Positions 1 through 13,900 of a stretch of DNA of 64,000 nt are shown here, one piece after another (the first letter of the stretch is position 1; each line of letters starts with the position of its first letter). Source of the DNA: Chlorokybus atmophyticus. Its lineage: Eukaryota > Plantae > Mesostigma and Chlorokybus algae. The translations under genes were made by a program, and so were the position numbers. The stretch spans positions 184,300 through 248,299 of the forward strand of contig RHPI01000401.1 of assembly GCA_009103225.1 (NCBI GenBank). The letters are read 5' to 3'. The notes below the pieces were generated by a model. The model was given only the letters and a program-made list of their open reading frames with translations. It was not told where the DNA came from and searched no databases.

Positions 1-2
1 TC

Positions 3-419
<417 letters not shown>

Positions 420-876
420 ATGTTGTTTAATCTGCGCTTAGGATACGTGTAGTATAGTTTTTGGATGATTTGGTAACACATGATGCATGCGCTGTCCCTG
501 CATTGAGAGTACAGTGCACACTGCAGACTGATGTTCTGACCAAAGCAATGAGTCGAATGGAGGCTCCAAGTTTAAGTGCAAGTGATGGACGTTTTCGCTG
601 GGAGTGCCGTCTACACGTTGTTGACTCAATTGGCAGCAGCTCTGAACTGCTTGCCACGGACTTCCATAGCAGTTGGGTAGGTGGCTACACGTTTGTAGCT
701 GTAATCGGTGTGGTTGGGGGCTCTGGCTGGTGCATTTGTGCAAGGAGTATGACCATGACATCATGTTTGGCGTTCTCTTCTCTCTCTGGTTGGCGTCCAT
801 ATCCTTGGAGCTGGTGCGTTCGCTGCATGGCGATCACATGCACTCAGAGGTGATAGCATGTGATGGTGTCTAGGGT

Positions 877-1577
877 TGTGTACAAAAGGGGTGTGCTACT
901 ATGCTGGCATGCATCGTGTGCTGAGACATGCAAGTGACAAGCATCACACTCATGGGTAAACACATTGCATTCACCACCGGGCTAGTATCTTCTATGCTAT
1001 GCCAACTCTAGCCTGCCCCGTTAGCCATGCTGTCAGCATGCAGAATTGTAGTGACCTTTGCAGCGGTGGTAGTCTGCGTCATGTGTAGTCCTCGTAGTTG
1101 ACACGGGCAGAGTTCACTGCTCCCATGTACTTGCACGTATGGATTCGCCTATCGTGTGGTCTTCGCTGTCTGTCATCTTCAGCACTGCCCTGCATGACCA
1201 AACAGGGCTACGCATGCAAGGTGCTCCCGGTCATGCACCCCTACCACTATGACAGTCACACACTCCCAGACCAACCATTGCATTCGCATTCACCACACGA
1301 CATGCACCCCTCTGCAAAGCAACAGAGGGTAGAAAGGAAGCTATCCCAAATATCGGGTAAGCTTGCCCTGCTTGCCGCTGGCATGTGAAATGCCGTAGAC
1401 CGGCCAGGGCGTGGTGTGTACAAAAGGGGTGTGCTTATGCCGGCATGCATCATGTGCCGAGACATGCAAGCGACATGCATCACACTCATGGGTAAACACA
1501 TTCCATTCACCACCGGGCTAGTATTTTCTATGCTATGCCAACTCTACCCTGCCCCGTTAGCCATGCAGTCAGCATGC
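877..1577. repeat. Dispersed direct repeat of ~165 bp (877-1041 and 1415-1577)
   Basis: Both copies run TGTGTACAAAAGGGGTGTGCT...GCCCCGTTAGCCATGC..TCAGCATGC with scattered substitutions; no TSD, PBS or PPT found. Confidence 0.85.
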
Positions 1578-3684
1578 TTGTATTCACCTGCACCATGGCT
1601 GCGGTTAGCGGTCAGCCTCCACAACAATGTCGACAGCAACAGTAGACTGTAGGACTCCCCCCGCCCTCCTCTCCCATGTTGAGTGGTGTTGTGATAAAAA
1701 GATGCAAGCTGCATCACGCATGCAAAGCACACTGCATGCAAAACACACTCACATGTCACATACCAACTCAGCACACCGCATGTGATGTATAAGCTTATCT
1801 GGTAGTCCAAATGCAAAGCATTAGCACTACAAAAGGCTAACTAAGCGCACAAGGCAAAGCACAAGCACAAGCCAGGCAAGGACTTTATTATAATAGGGGC
1901 AATGCAAACTTAAAGCTATGTGCACTGCCTAAGTGCGTGCAAGTGGGATGGAGGAAAGTGGGGCAGGCAGGTAGCAACAACCAACCAACCTGTGGCAAGC
2001 AGCGCCTGGGTTTGGAGAGGTAGGCAAGGCACATGGCAACATGCAGCAAGAGCAACAGGCCAAGGCATGAGCGCATGTGAGCGTGGGGATGCGATGCTGT
2101 GCAGTGCTGAATATGTATGCGGTTAAGCATGGTGGGCAAATCTGACAGCCACCGCTTGCATGTCAATGATAAAGTATTGTGACAACGTTATCTTAGATGC
2201 GGTAGTATGCCAATCACATCTGCTCAACCCACTTTTATAGCTATGAATCCTGTGGTGCATTATTGTTTAACTTGGCATGGCGTACCTCCTACTGGTTTCT
2301 TGTGCCGTTAAATGTTTCCCTTTTATGTTAAGCCTCCTACCATACACCTCAGTATAGCATCTGACATGATGCTTGGGTCGTGGGTGTGCGCTTGCTGCGG
2401 GTCTACTAATTAATTAAGCTTACAGCATCATGCACATGCGAAACGGTTGACCTCCGAAAGTGGTAACATCATGAGAGTGGTGATATCATGTGGAATGTGC
2501 GTTCTCTTGGGATTTCAAACAAGCGGTTTGCAACCACCTCATCACGCGCACGCGACTCGCGCTCGGAGAGAGGGAGAGAGAGGTAAAGAGAGAGAGAGAG
2601 ACAGAGAGGCGCGAAACGCTAACCATGGAATAATCATGGTATGCTAACCGCTGCGCTTTACATTTTTATACACATTAAGCTCCGGCACACGTGTGTATGT
2701 GTGTGTGCATGTGTGCATGTGGTATAGGAATTAGGAGTGCGTATATGTGCGTGTAGGCAGAAAAAGTGTGTGTGTGCGCGCGCGCGTGCTCGTTCTGCTG
2801 ACATGCAAGCTTGCTGGTAACTCTGTCCATAAGAATGCGCGCATGTTGGCTTATGTACCACAAATGCAATGCCGTGTGCGCGGTATACAGAAGATGTCGA
2901 ATAGCTTCGGGCTCGAATGGACGGCTTTTTATCTACTTTTGTAATTAGTAAATACAAAGAATGGTGGCAGTTGCCCTAGCCGACCTCATACACGAATTAA
3001 TACAAGTTAAGTGGTAACGTTGCATTCAAGTCAAGCACGGTCATCCGACCATTCGGCTGACCGTGTGTACGGCGAGCGGCCAATCCGTTTAAGACTTGGA
3101 CTGCAAGACATTAACTTGGTCCAGTTGAGTCAGAGGCTACACTTGCCTAACTGCTATGTTCCTTAATGATGAAGCTATTGCAGTAATACATGTCTAAGTA
3201 AAAAATGTTTCACTCGATAATGTTGCCTCACTTCTTATAAACCTCAAGTAATCTATTACATATTTTACTACCTACGACTTAAGTATGTGCAAATATCCAT
3301 TATAGACAATGTTATGTTATTACGTTAAGTATCAATATATGTAGTATTCGTTTTTATATTTGGTGTGCGAAAGCGCAAAATGAGACAAAGTACGTTATAT
3401 ATGCATACTTAAATTTTCTATGGCTCATGCAATTCCTGTCTTATACTGACATACTTACTCTTTACAATTAATCACCATCATCACATATGTATACATTTTA
3501 GATTAAGTTATAAAAATATTTCACATCAGATTAGTGGAACAGAACAAATACCACACTCTACAATACAATGGCGTGGGTGATTAACTCAGGAAGTTTACAC
3601 ATATAACTACTTCATGCGCGCAAAGCGCGTAATATACTTTGAATATTACGTACAGTGTTTTATCACATTGGTCTTCTTTATTAT

Positions 3685-4056
3685 ATATCTTTATAACTAC
3701 GTTATGTTAATAAAGCGGGTTATAGAAATACAGAACTTGATCGCGACTTGCTACCTTAATAAGCTTATTTATCCTAAACATATATGTTTCATCAACTTTA
3801 ATATGCATTATTATAATCGTATGGCACGCTGTTGCACCACGTCTCCTCGACTGCCATATTACCTTGATGCATATCTTTATAACTACGTTATGTTAATAAA
3901 GCGGGTTATAAAAATACAGAACTTGACCGCGACTTGCTACCTTAATAAGCTTATTTATCCTAAACATATATGTTTCATCAACTTTAATATGCATTATTAT
4001 AATCGTATGGCACGCTGTTGCACCACGTCTCCTCGACTGCCATATTACCTCGATGC
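3685..4056. repeat. Tandem duplication, 2 x 186 bp, in an AT-rich intergenic block
   Basis: Unit ATATCTTTATAACTACG...CCATATTACC(T)TGATGC starts at 3685 and again at 3871; only a few substitutions between copies. Confidence 0.93.
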
Positions 4057-6642
4057 ACCCATTAGCACATGTCGACCATGCTGCTAGTTATACACAACAT
4101 TGCAACTTCATGCAATGTATGCTCCTTTTACTTATACATTAGCATGTCTAGCTACATGTGTAATGAACAGGCTACACGAGGGTGATGATGATGACCTCCT
4201 CTTTGTAGATGTACTTGCTAAGCATGGCACAATGGTAGGCGCTAGTGTCACACGCTTACACAATAACAATCTCAGCTAAGGCACCAGTTGCATACAACAC
4301 ACGAAGATGTATTGCACTAGTGTTATGGCACTTGTATGGCACTTATGGTAACTTGCTGACCAGATAGCTACATCTGTTCAGTCACACTATTTATACTATG
4401 AACAAGTCAATGACACATGTCTTAATCTAGCACAATCAACTAAAAATGCACTAGACCATGGTCAAAGCTACTTAGACTTGCTCTCCTCCAGCTCCAGCTC
4501 TAATCCACGCCTCCAATGATGAGTAGATCGTCTCCACGACCAGCTATTGACTGCCACATGGATGCCCACTTCTGCCACCAGTCCTTCTCCACTCACAACT
4601 TCCGAACTAGTTTCGATTACACCCATCAGATCTGAGTTACACTGATGTCCGGTTACATTAACTGTAACTCGCTAAATGCACTTCCCCTCACTCAATAACA
4701 TCCTCATCTACCTTCCCCATCATAAAACCCAATAAACATTATTGTCTAAATATGCTTCTACAAGCATATCTAACTACCTCATGCCTACAATCAGCCCACA
4801 GTCTGTTGTTCCCCTGCATTTAGTCATATCACGAGACAACATAGCTCAAATCCTTCACTAGCATAACAAGGCTTAAGCATAGTATATGCATAGTCACACA
4901 TAAGCATCAATACATATTCAACGCAATAAATAAACGCACGCATGCTTTTTCACATTTTACATGCCAGATGCACATCCATCTGTTTCGAGTTCATTTATTA
5001 CAACAGTTGCTTGCTAAACGTTGTTGAAAAGATCACAAAGATAACGATTCGTTTTTATGTGCGTGAAGCGCGCAAGCTTTTGCACATCTTATATGCTATA
5101 TAAGTAGGAATGTGTAAATGCATGAAACGCACTTTCTGGTCGTTTAAAGGGTTGTTTCTCAAATCTCTTCAAATAATGTGTTTTGGTGAAGTAGATGTAT
5201 AAAGCTCTTGCAATTGTCATTGCAAATTGCTAACACATGCATACACAACTTTGATGTTATTGTATTATATACTATGTATGAAACGCATCGGTACTACATG
5301 TAACCATGTAGTCATCTTGATTATATATTGTAATAGGTTATGACAGCGGCTTGTAAATTGTGTAAAAAGACAAAAAGTAAAATCTTAGACGTGCGTGATA
5401 CGCACAAGCTTTAAAACACCTTATAACCGCAATGCATCGGATTTGCTTTTTGCATGGGCTGCTTTAACTTGGCAAGCATGTGTACCATGCATATACTAAT
5501 AGTGCCATATTTGGTTGAGACGTTACTGTAAACACTTGCGAATGTTAACGTCCGCCGTCAAGAATATATTGTTATTAGAGCGGCGACCATAGTAGTTTAC
5601 TGCAGTCATGAGCCGGACAACTTGAACAAATTGAGGTTCGCCCCGAAAACCTTCCAGTCGGTGACCCGCAGTGCACTGAAAAGCGAAGCTTCGTTGCAGA
5701 ATTGCTTGTTTCCCGGCGCTGTGTTTACTCGAAGTTGGGCCCGAAATACTAAATAAAAGCCCACACGGTGCGGCAGCGTTGGGTCGGGGTGGATTGTGAC
5801 GAATTGTCACATTGACTCGACATGAAGAACATGTACCGGTACTCACCTTGTGTGCGTTATTGAACGCACCACCACGCGTGCCCTTGGAATGTCCTGTACG
5901 CCGCTGCCAAGCCGCTATTGGTTACAGCACGCACGGTACGCCGCGGCGGCCTCTCAAGTGGCTAAGCACGCTTTCCACGTCACCTGAGGCGGGCTTTTCG
6001 CGGGCCTTTTTCGGCTGTTTTTCCTTTCCAATTCTTCGTGCGTGCTTATCCCTGCCAGCCGACACGGCGGCGGCAGGCTGTCGGCGCCCGTGACAAATTT
6101 TTGTGCAGCGAGGATTGATTTGTTTCCTCGCGCAGCGTCATGCTCCAACACAGCTTAGAGTCAAGCAGCATGACGCTGCATGACGCATATCAGTGTGGGC
6201 CTAGGCCAGGCTAGCGCAGCCTATACAAGACTGCCTTTGATCAAACTACGTCTTCATGCCAGCATGGTCCATGACTTATCGCACTCCTTGAGTGTCTCGC
6301 TTCGCGCCCGACAAATGTGTCAAATTTGGCGGTTATTGTCCAAAAAGTTTGCGCGGGAGTGAGATGCTGAGCTGAGCTGAGCTGAGCTGACGGGTCCGTA
6401 GCTTAGCAGGCTGCGGCGTTGCCATTTTGGCGCAACTGCACTGCTGCGTTGAGAGAATACAGCCGAGGCACCCCGCCGCCGGCGGCGGCTGCCTCGGTCG
6501 GGGCGGCGGGATGATGTCGCTGACAGGTTGTTGGAAGAGCTAAGGGGGTTACTGTGGAGAGAGAGGCTGAGCGATGGGCGTGGAGCTGGATCGGCCTGGG
6601 ACAGCGGTGTTTGGCAGGTCCATGTGAGGGGAGCAGTGCAGG

Positions 6643-7962
6643 TTGGATTGGCTTAGCTTGGCTTGCTTCAAGGGAGCCAGCATGGGAGTGCACAGGCTTG
6701 ACACGGGTGAAGCACGGGTGATGGAGGGCCCGGCCTCACTAAGCATGACACAGACCCAGCGCTGCCGAGTGCTGGATGATGAGCGAGAGCTGGAGTTGGG
6801 CGGAAAGACCTCCCCGCCCCCTCGCCGGCGCACGCCGCCGCCCTCCCCGCGCCAGCCTCAGCGACAACAGCAACAGCAGCAGCAGAAGCAGCCGCATTAC
6901 GCCCTGGAGATGGCGGGCGACCTCGCCTCTGCCGCCGCCGCCTCATTCGCTGTCTCTCCCTTCATCGCCATCGTAGACAAGAGCATCGTCAGCAATGCCA
7001 GCGGTCGCCAGGTACTTGTCGGTAGGCTGTCAATGCACCCTCATTGGATGTAATATCACAAGCCCTATGTGAGCAGCGCCATGATGTTGTAGTCTATGAG
7101 TGCATTGGAAGCCCTGCTTGTTGATTGCAGCTGATTGTCTGTTGTGCAGGCGTTGTGGCCTGCATTGGTAACTGGAGCTAAGGACGCTTGCCTGAGACCG
7201 CACAAGTTCTTGCGCAGACCGGAGTTCTGGTGGATTGCTGGGCTTTACACGGCAACGTAAGCACGCGCCTGTTCGCGGCATTGCCTTCGGCAGCTGTCTG
7301 ATGGATGAATGTCTCTTGCAGCTACATGGCCGCCAACAGTGTGGACACTTTCTGTCGGAGGCGCAAGGTGGAACCGACACTCCCCAAGTTTTTGGCCACA
7401 ACCGGTGTGAACATGCCTTTCTGCATTGCCAAGGACCGCGCCTTTGCAAGACTGTTTGGGGTGATCGCTGCCAAGGTACAATGCAAGTCTTTTGCACCAG
7501 CTGTATATGCGGTCATGGGCTTCTGCAAAACCTTGCTGTGTTGTCTGCATTGAGGCCAACATGTTGTGTCTGTTGCAGCCGCTGCCACTGCCATCTTACG
7601 GGCTCTTTGCCGTGCGCGACTCCATGACCATCGCAGCTTCCTTCAGTGCCCCGCAGCACGTGTCCGGCTGGCTTCAGCAGAAGGGTGTGAAGCAGCAGCA
7701 CTCTGACGTGATCGCGCAGCTGCTCTGTCCAGCCATAGTGCAGGTTGTGTCCACGCCGCTTCATCTGCTCGGCCTGGACCTTTATAACAATGGACAATCG
7801 TCGGCGGCTGCGCGCTCTGTCTTTATTCAAAGGGAGTACACTAAGAGTGTGCTGGCGCGAGTGGCGCGTATCGGTCCGGCTTTTGGTATTGGTGGCGTTG
7901 TCAACAAGCGGCTGAGAGACATGACACGGAGTTCCATTGGGGCAGCACCCCCTTTGAGGTAG
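6643..7962 (+). CDS. Mitochondrial-carrier-like membrane protein, 4 exons (to 7011; 7150-7256; 7322-7475; 7579-7962); start codon uncertain (6643-6909)
   Basis: GT-AG introns join in frame to give AAASFAVSPFIAIVDKSIVSNASG...YGLFAVRDSMTI...STPLHLLGLDLYN...ARVARIGPAFGIGGVVN, which I recall from an uncharacterised fungal/protist membrane-protein family. Confidence 0.75.
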
Positions 7963-8981
7963 ATTGAAAGAAGTGTCCAATTTTCATGCAGGGGGCCTGT
8001 TCAACTGCAGTTGAACACAGCTCCATGCCATCCAGTTTTGTTTATAATTTTGTTTTAGCTATTCCGGATGTTCACTCATTTTATGGCCGTGCCAAGTTTG
8101 TGACCATTGCATACGTCTATGGCATTGGCTCTTCTGTCAGCTATCTGTATGCCAAGAGCAGTATTCTCGTGGGGCATGTGTCAGTACATGTCAAGGCGCC
8201 TAGGTTCGGTTTGTTCAACCAACCAACGGTCAAACACAACGACATTGCCAGGATTACCCTGCAGGACAGGAGCCAATGTCACAAAGCTAGTCAGGTTGGA
8301 ACAATCAGGCCCGGAAGGTGTGCACGAACCAATGCAGCACCTATATGTAATGCTTGCCATATTTGCACACTGTGACATGAGGCATGGGCGCGGAGATAGT
8401 GATGTAAAGAGCAATGGCAGTGTTATACTTCTGGTAGCAAGCCCACCAGACCCAAGCAGGCTGGTGAGGAAGTAAGTCCCGATTGGTTGTAAGGCGTCAT
8501 ATGCACAAGTAGTAAGATGATGTGCAGCAACACCACCTTAGATCAAGTTTGCGTTCTGGCTTCAATCAGAACTCACTAACCCAAAGAAGCATGAATGCGT
8601 ACTCAAAACCATACAATACTTCACCGGTCTTGAAATGCTGCAACTATACTGCAACAACGTCTTCAATTTTATGTGCACACGCTAGTTTATACCGCTCTAG
8701 AACAGGGCACGAGATGATAAACCACTGAATCCACTGACCTTGAAAACTCAGCAACGGTGCTGCACATCAAGGTCCCACTTGACTTTATGTCTGCATGTAG
8801 ACACTGTGCATAGACAGCACGATGCCTTGACATGCGCTTGGCGTTTGCAAGTTGCACGCAGAGCACTGCACGCGACAACTTGTGCCAAACCTCCCCCGCC
8901 AGCCGTCATGGTCGCAATGACTGTACACCAGCGCTACAAGGTCAAAACGGAACCCCCACAAACTACACAGCCACTAAGCCC

Positions 8982-10863
8982 TTATCGCGCAGGCGCATTC
9001 TTGGACATGGCAATGAACGTCACCACGAGTCCCGTCAGCACAACCCAGCCAATGATGTCATACTTCAGTGTGGACTTCTTTTTGCGCCCCTGCACATTGA
9101 CCCGAATGGCACTCTCAGCTTTTGAATCACTCGCAGCCCTATACCATGCTGACACTGGCACACAACAACAGCGTGCTAACAGCAACGTACCCTTCCACCA
9201 GCTCCGCTCAACAGACTCCCAAAGCCCCCCGCGCCAGCACCCTCACCGCCGTCCCCGAGCTGCAAATGATGCTGTTGCTGCTGCTGTTGCTGCTGCGCAA
9301 GAGCCCGTTGTATCTCCATGTGTAGGGCAGGTGCCTATAAACAAGAACGACAGCTCAGTGAGGAGCAGCAGTAAACGCAATGCACCAAGGGAGGGCGATG
9401 TTTCCTGTTTCATGCAAGCAACACGCTGGGAAGACAATTACGACAATATACACCACTTGTATGCCTTGCAGACGACTTCACTTGCACCTCACCTGTGCAC
9501 AGGAGTCCAGTGACTTCTTGTAAAGCTCGTTGGATGGATCCTGTCGGACAGTTGCGAGGCAGTCAGCATTCACAAACTCGCAAGCAAGCATGCAAACAGG
9601 AGGGCAGCTGATGGCGAGGTGATCAGCGCACGCAGCAAGCACCCATGCAACCATGAAACAAGCGTGTATGCCTGCTGCGAGGTGCCAAACAGCGTTACCT
9701 TCTCCAGCGCCTTTGCAAAGCAGTTGCGCGCTCGCTCAAAATATCTACCAGCCCGCGACGGCTCCGTGTACATGAAACCCTGCGGGACGGACATCATGTG
9801 AGGCGCCTGGCCAATGCTGCTACCTTCTGCCTTGCATGGCTGAGCAATGCAACTACATGCCTGCGCTGTTAGGCAGTTGCCCATGCACCACAATGCATCA
9901 TGCTTGTCGGCCTCAATCTTCAAGGCCTCATCCAACCGCTTCTCCGCCTCTGCAACACAAGGATACCACATCAACACATGGACGCAACTTGTAGCACTGG
10001 TCTAACTTACAAGTGCACTGTATGCCATGAGTACGACACACAGCCGAGCTACATGCATGCACCACTTACCTTAAAGATGACATGCATGCAGCAGTGCAGC
10101 ATTGTGGGGTAGACTTGACGGTTGCTATTATGCAATGCTGGAAAGCAGAAACCAAGAAAAAAGACTGTCTCATGTTGCGTACCTATAACCAACTCCAGTG
10201 CATCGGGTCCCTGCCGAAAATGTGCCAGCTCCAGCAAGGCGCCGCCCCATCTGGTCAAGTTCTGACCAAAAACAACGAGATAAATGAGTAACATATGCAC
10301 ACAAGCATGATTTGCAGAGACACCAACTGCAGTCAAGCCACACTACCACCTGCACTTATCATTACACAAACCGTTGCTTTGGCAGTTTCCCCCATGCGCA
10401 TTAAATATGTTTCACAGTGCATGTGTGCAATGTGTAGGCTTTCGTCAGGTGATCACAAGCCTCCCACTCTTTGGGGGGGGGGGATAGCCACTGACATAGC
10501 TTGTGATGAGACAGGTGGGGAGCAGCAAGACAGCAGCAATTGAATTCAACACTGCACACAACAACCAGGACAACAACTGCAAGCGAACATGCTTCTGACA
10601 GCATCGTCATCACCATCACCAATATCATCATCAACAACACAGACATCATCACCGCCGGCACGCATGCAAGCAAGCAAACGTGTAACTGTAGAGTACGGAC
10701 ACAGCGCATGTGCATGGCGCTAGTGTGCGCGCAAGGAGACAGACAGCCGGACGACATTCACCTCGGCGTCCTTGTCATTGCGGCGGTACTCCTGCTCCGC
10801 CTGCTCGCGCACATGCTCAAAGAATATCAGCCTCTCCAAGTGCTCCCTCGGCAGCGCCTCCAT
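8982..10863 (-). CDS. TOM20: Plant-type mitochondrial import receptor TOM20, 7 exons (10863-10762, 10261-10183, 9949-9861, 9779-9699, 9540-9493, 9334-9191, 9089-8982)
   Basis: Motifs LERLIFFEH, NLTRWGGALLEL, KHDALWCMGN, DPSNELYKKSL, APALHMEI and a C-terminal anchor KYDIIGWVVLTGLVV; all exon phases join in frame. Confidence 0.93.
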
Positions 10864-11387
10864 CCCAGATCAAGCTACAATCTACCACTCCACAACCACA
10901 CGTCTCTGGCCACAGCTGAGGCACACTCCACACCACTCGCGTCAAGCGATCCCAAGACAGCCAAGCCGCTGACAATCACACACGCAGCCCCCGCGTATAT
11001 CCCCAACAACCCGCACGTCGCCGCCGCCGCCACCGCCGCCGCCGCCACGTCAGACCGTGACGGTGGAGCCAAGAAAACCCTAGATAACCAGTACATAACG
11101 CTACCTGAGCACGTTGACTGACCTTTGTTCGCCGCTGCTACGCACGTGAACGTGACTCACATTTGCAAATCTGCAATAGCGCACCTCATCGAGTAACCCA
11201 GCTTGGGTGACGTGATCAGTGCTGCGAACGATTACGATGATCTGGATGACGTAACCAGAACTCGTTTGGTGCTATTTTCGGCAACACACAAAAGAAGGCG
11301 GCGGCGGTGTCGTCGTCGCTACCCTCCTCACTCATCTCTCGGTGCTGAGGTGAAAGAGACATATCAGCCGACACACGCACGCGTGCG

Positions 11388-13452
11388 ATGCTGTCTGCAT
11401 TGTGGCGGTGGTTGCTCCGTCGCCGTGGCCGCCGGCGTCCTTGCGGTGGTCGCCGCCGCCGCCGCCGCCGCCACCCACCTGCAGTCCTTCTCTTAGGTCT
11501 CGACGGCGCCGGCAAGACTTCCCTTTTATCCTCCCTCATACACTCCTCCACACACTCCTCTTCCTCGTCGTCCTCGTCCTCGTCCTCGTCCTCCTCCTCC
11601 TCCTCCTCCTCCTCCGCCTCCGTCGCCCCCGCCTCCCTGCCCTCCGTGGCCCCCACGTTCGGCTTCAGCTGCGAGAAGGTCAAGGTCGGGAAGAAGCAAC
11701 GAGTGATGGTTTATGACGTGGGAGGAGCCGCGAGAGTGAGGGAAGCGTGGCAGACGTACTACGCAGAGGTGGGTGCGGGTACACACACACACACACACAC
11801 ACACCAGTGCAGTCCAAACACACATGCACAATCACATCTCGTCGGACTACTAGCTCACCAGCAGAAATCACTCCAAGGAGCATAGCAACTCACACTCAAC
11901 TGCATGCATGTGTGAGATTCAACCTACACTTCACCAGAGAGGGGCTGTCTCAAGTAGTCTTGTCAGCTGGGGGAGAGCGCTGCTGCTGGGGAGCGTGTGT
12001 GCACACATGCACAACATCGCGTTCATTATCTGTGGCTGTAACACATCACGCTCCTGGCAGGTGTTTGGCGTGGTGTTTGTGGTGGACGCCTCCGACCCCG
12101 CTCGCTTCCCCGAGGCTGCCGACGCCCTCAAGGCCGCCCTCGCCGACCCACGCATCGCAAGCAAACCCCTCCTACTCCTCGCCAACAAACAGGCAAGGCG
12201 CTGGGACTGTACCACTCAGGCTGCAACAATCAGAACAACAACAGCAACTATAACAACAACCATGTGCAGGATGTCCTCGGTGCCGTGTCAGCCGAGGAGG
12301 TTGCCTCGCAGCTTGGTTCAGCTGGAGTTTCGACCAACACTAGAGTTGTGCCGTGCGTGGCGCTCATCTCAGACCAGGTGCGCCCACTTTGCTTAACTGC
12401 TGTATCGGACAACAATCTCTCCTCAACCTTGTGCTTGTTGTGTGTACGTGATGTGACGATGGATCGTACACAGACGGATGCGAAGAAGAAGGGTGGTGAG
12501 GGTGAGGCGGGGACGCTGAGTGCCGGCGTGCGATGGCTCGTTGAGCGCATCGATGAGGAGTATGTGGAGCTGGCTGAGCGCGTGCAAAGCGACACGGCAG
12601 CACAGGTGAGTCAGCAGAGTTGAGACGGAAGTAGGGAGAGCGAGCGTGTGTCTTTGTGTGTATTTCCATCGCGCATGCAGATGTGCGTGGGGTGCGTTCG
12701 TCGGTGTGTGCATGCATGTATGTGCCGGCCCACTGTGCGTGCGCGCATGCGCGCGTGAGTACTTGCTGGAGTCAACCTTCCCTCTTTGCGTCCAGCGTGC
12801 TGAGGAGGGGCGCAGGAAGTTGGAGCGTAAGGCCCGCGTTGACGCCATGAGGGTGAGAAGCGTGGTCTCCCAACAGCGACATTGCGGCTTCGAGCCAGTG
12901 TGCTGATCGAGTGTTTGTTGACAACCTCATCTCACGCAGGCGGAGGAGCGGTTACAAGAGCAAGCGCTGCTGTCCATCGCGCCCAACGCCGTCGCACCCG
13001 AACCCAGTGCCATCAGTGATGCACCCAATCCTGTACATAAACCAACCAAACCCGCAGTCACCATCGCCTTCGCTGAGACAACTTCCAACCCACAACCACA
13101 CCCACATCCAACAACACATTCAGAGCAGCGTCCCACCCAACATCGGACGCACGACGTTGACACCCACAACGGGGATACCACGCAAGTGGTGTATGTGGAC
13201 AACGACGACGACGACGATGGCGCTAGGCTGCGATCACTATCAATGCCAACAACAACAACAACAGGAGTTGAAGAACATCATGGTGGTGATGAGGTCAACA
13301 ATGGTGGTGTTGGTGTTGGTGTTGGGTTGTCGCTGTTGCTGCGTGTAGATACTATACCGGGAGCGGCGCCCACCTCGCCGTATGGTGAGAAGGGTGTGCT
13401 CTCTCCAACCCACAGGACACCTCATCTGTTGTTGCCTCCATTGGTGAGGTAG
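11388..13452 (+). CDS. ARL13: ARF-like ciliary GTPase ARL13, 6 exons (11388-11768, 12061-12192, 12270-12377, 12474-12605, 12796-12852, 12940-13452)
   Basis: GLDGAGKTS, PTFGF, YDVGGA (catalytic Gln absent, as in ARL13), VVFVVDAS, LLLANKQD, then GVRWLVERIDEEYVELAERVQSDTAAQ plus a charged coiled coil typical of ARL13B. Confidence 0.88.
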
Positions 13453-13900
13453 CAGAAAGATACGTGTTGTGGTGAGGTAATTTGTCAGCGGTGAGATAGG
13501 CTAGAGCTAGGCTAAGGCAATCTGCATGTATCAGAACCAAGCAGTTGCAGTGTCACGACGAACATCACCTTAGAGCAGGTTGGAAACAGTGTTGGTGTGA
13601 CACATACAAGCACTAACAGGTCATCTGAGATACAGCGATTGAACCACGCACGGACAAGGCAGGGTTGCGTGCGTGCATGCATGCATGCGTGCGCGTGTTG
13701 CACACGTGCAACTGGTTCGCATCCACAACCATGGCAGGCTTGTGTGTGGTCATCAGAGCTCCTTCATCTCCAGCATCTATTAGTCGCCCTCTCCGTGCAG
13801 TATCTCAACCCGCAATCGAGTATCTATCCCAACAACCAAATGCGCTCGCTCTCAAATCTCCTCAACACGTGCTGCGACCTAGTCAATACTCCCAACCATG

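Noticed and set aside
3614-4087. 157-aa ORF with an internal 62-aa repeat
   Set aside because: It is a by-product of the 186-bp duplication in AT-rich DNA; the composition is not protein-like and no motifs are present.
5795-5811. TGTGAC-N5-GTCACA palindrome resembling a bacterial CRP site
   Set aside because: Eukaryotic locus, spacing differs from the CRP consensus, and a single short palindrome is expected by chance.
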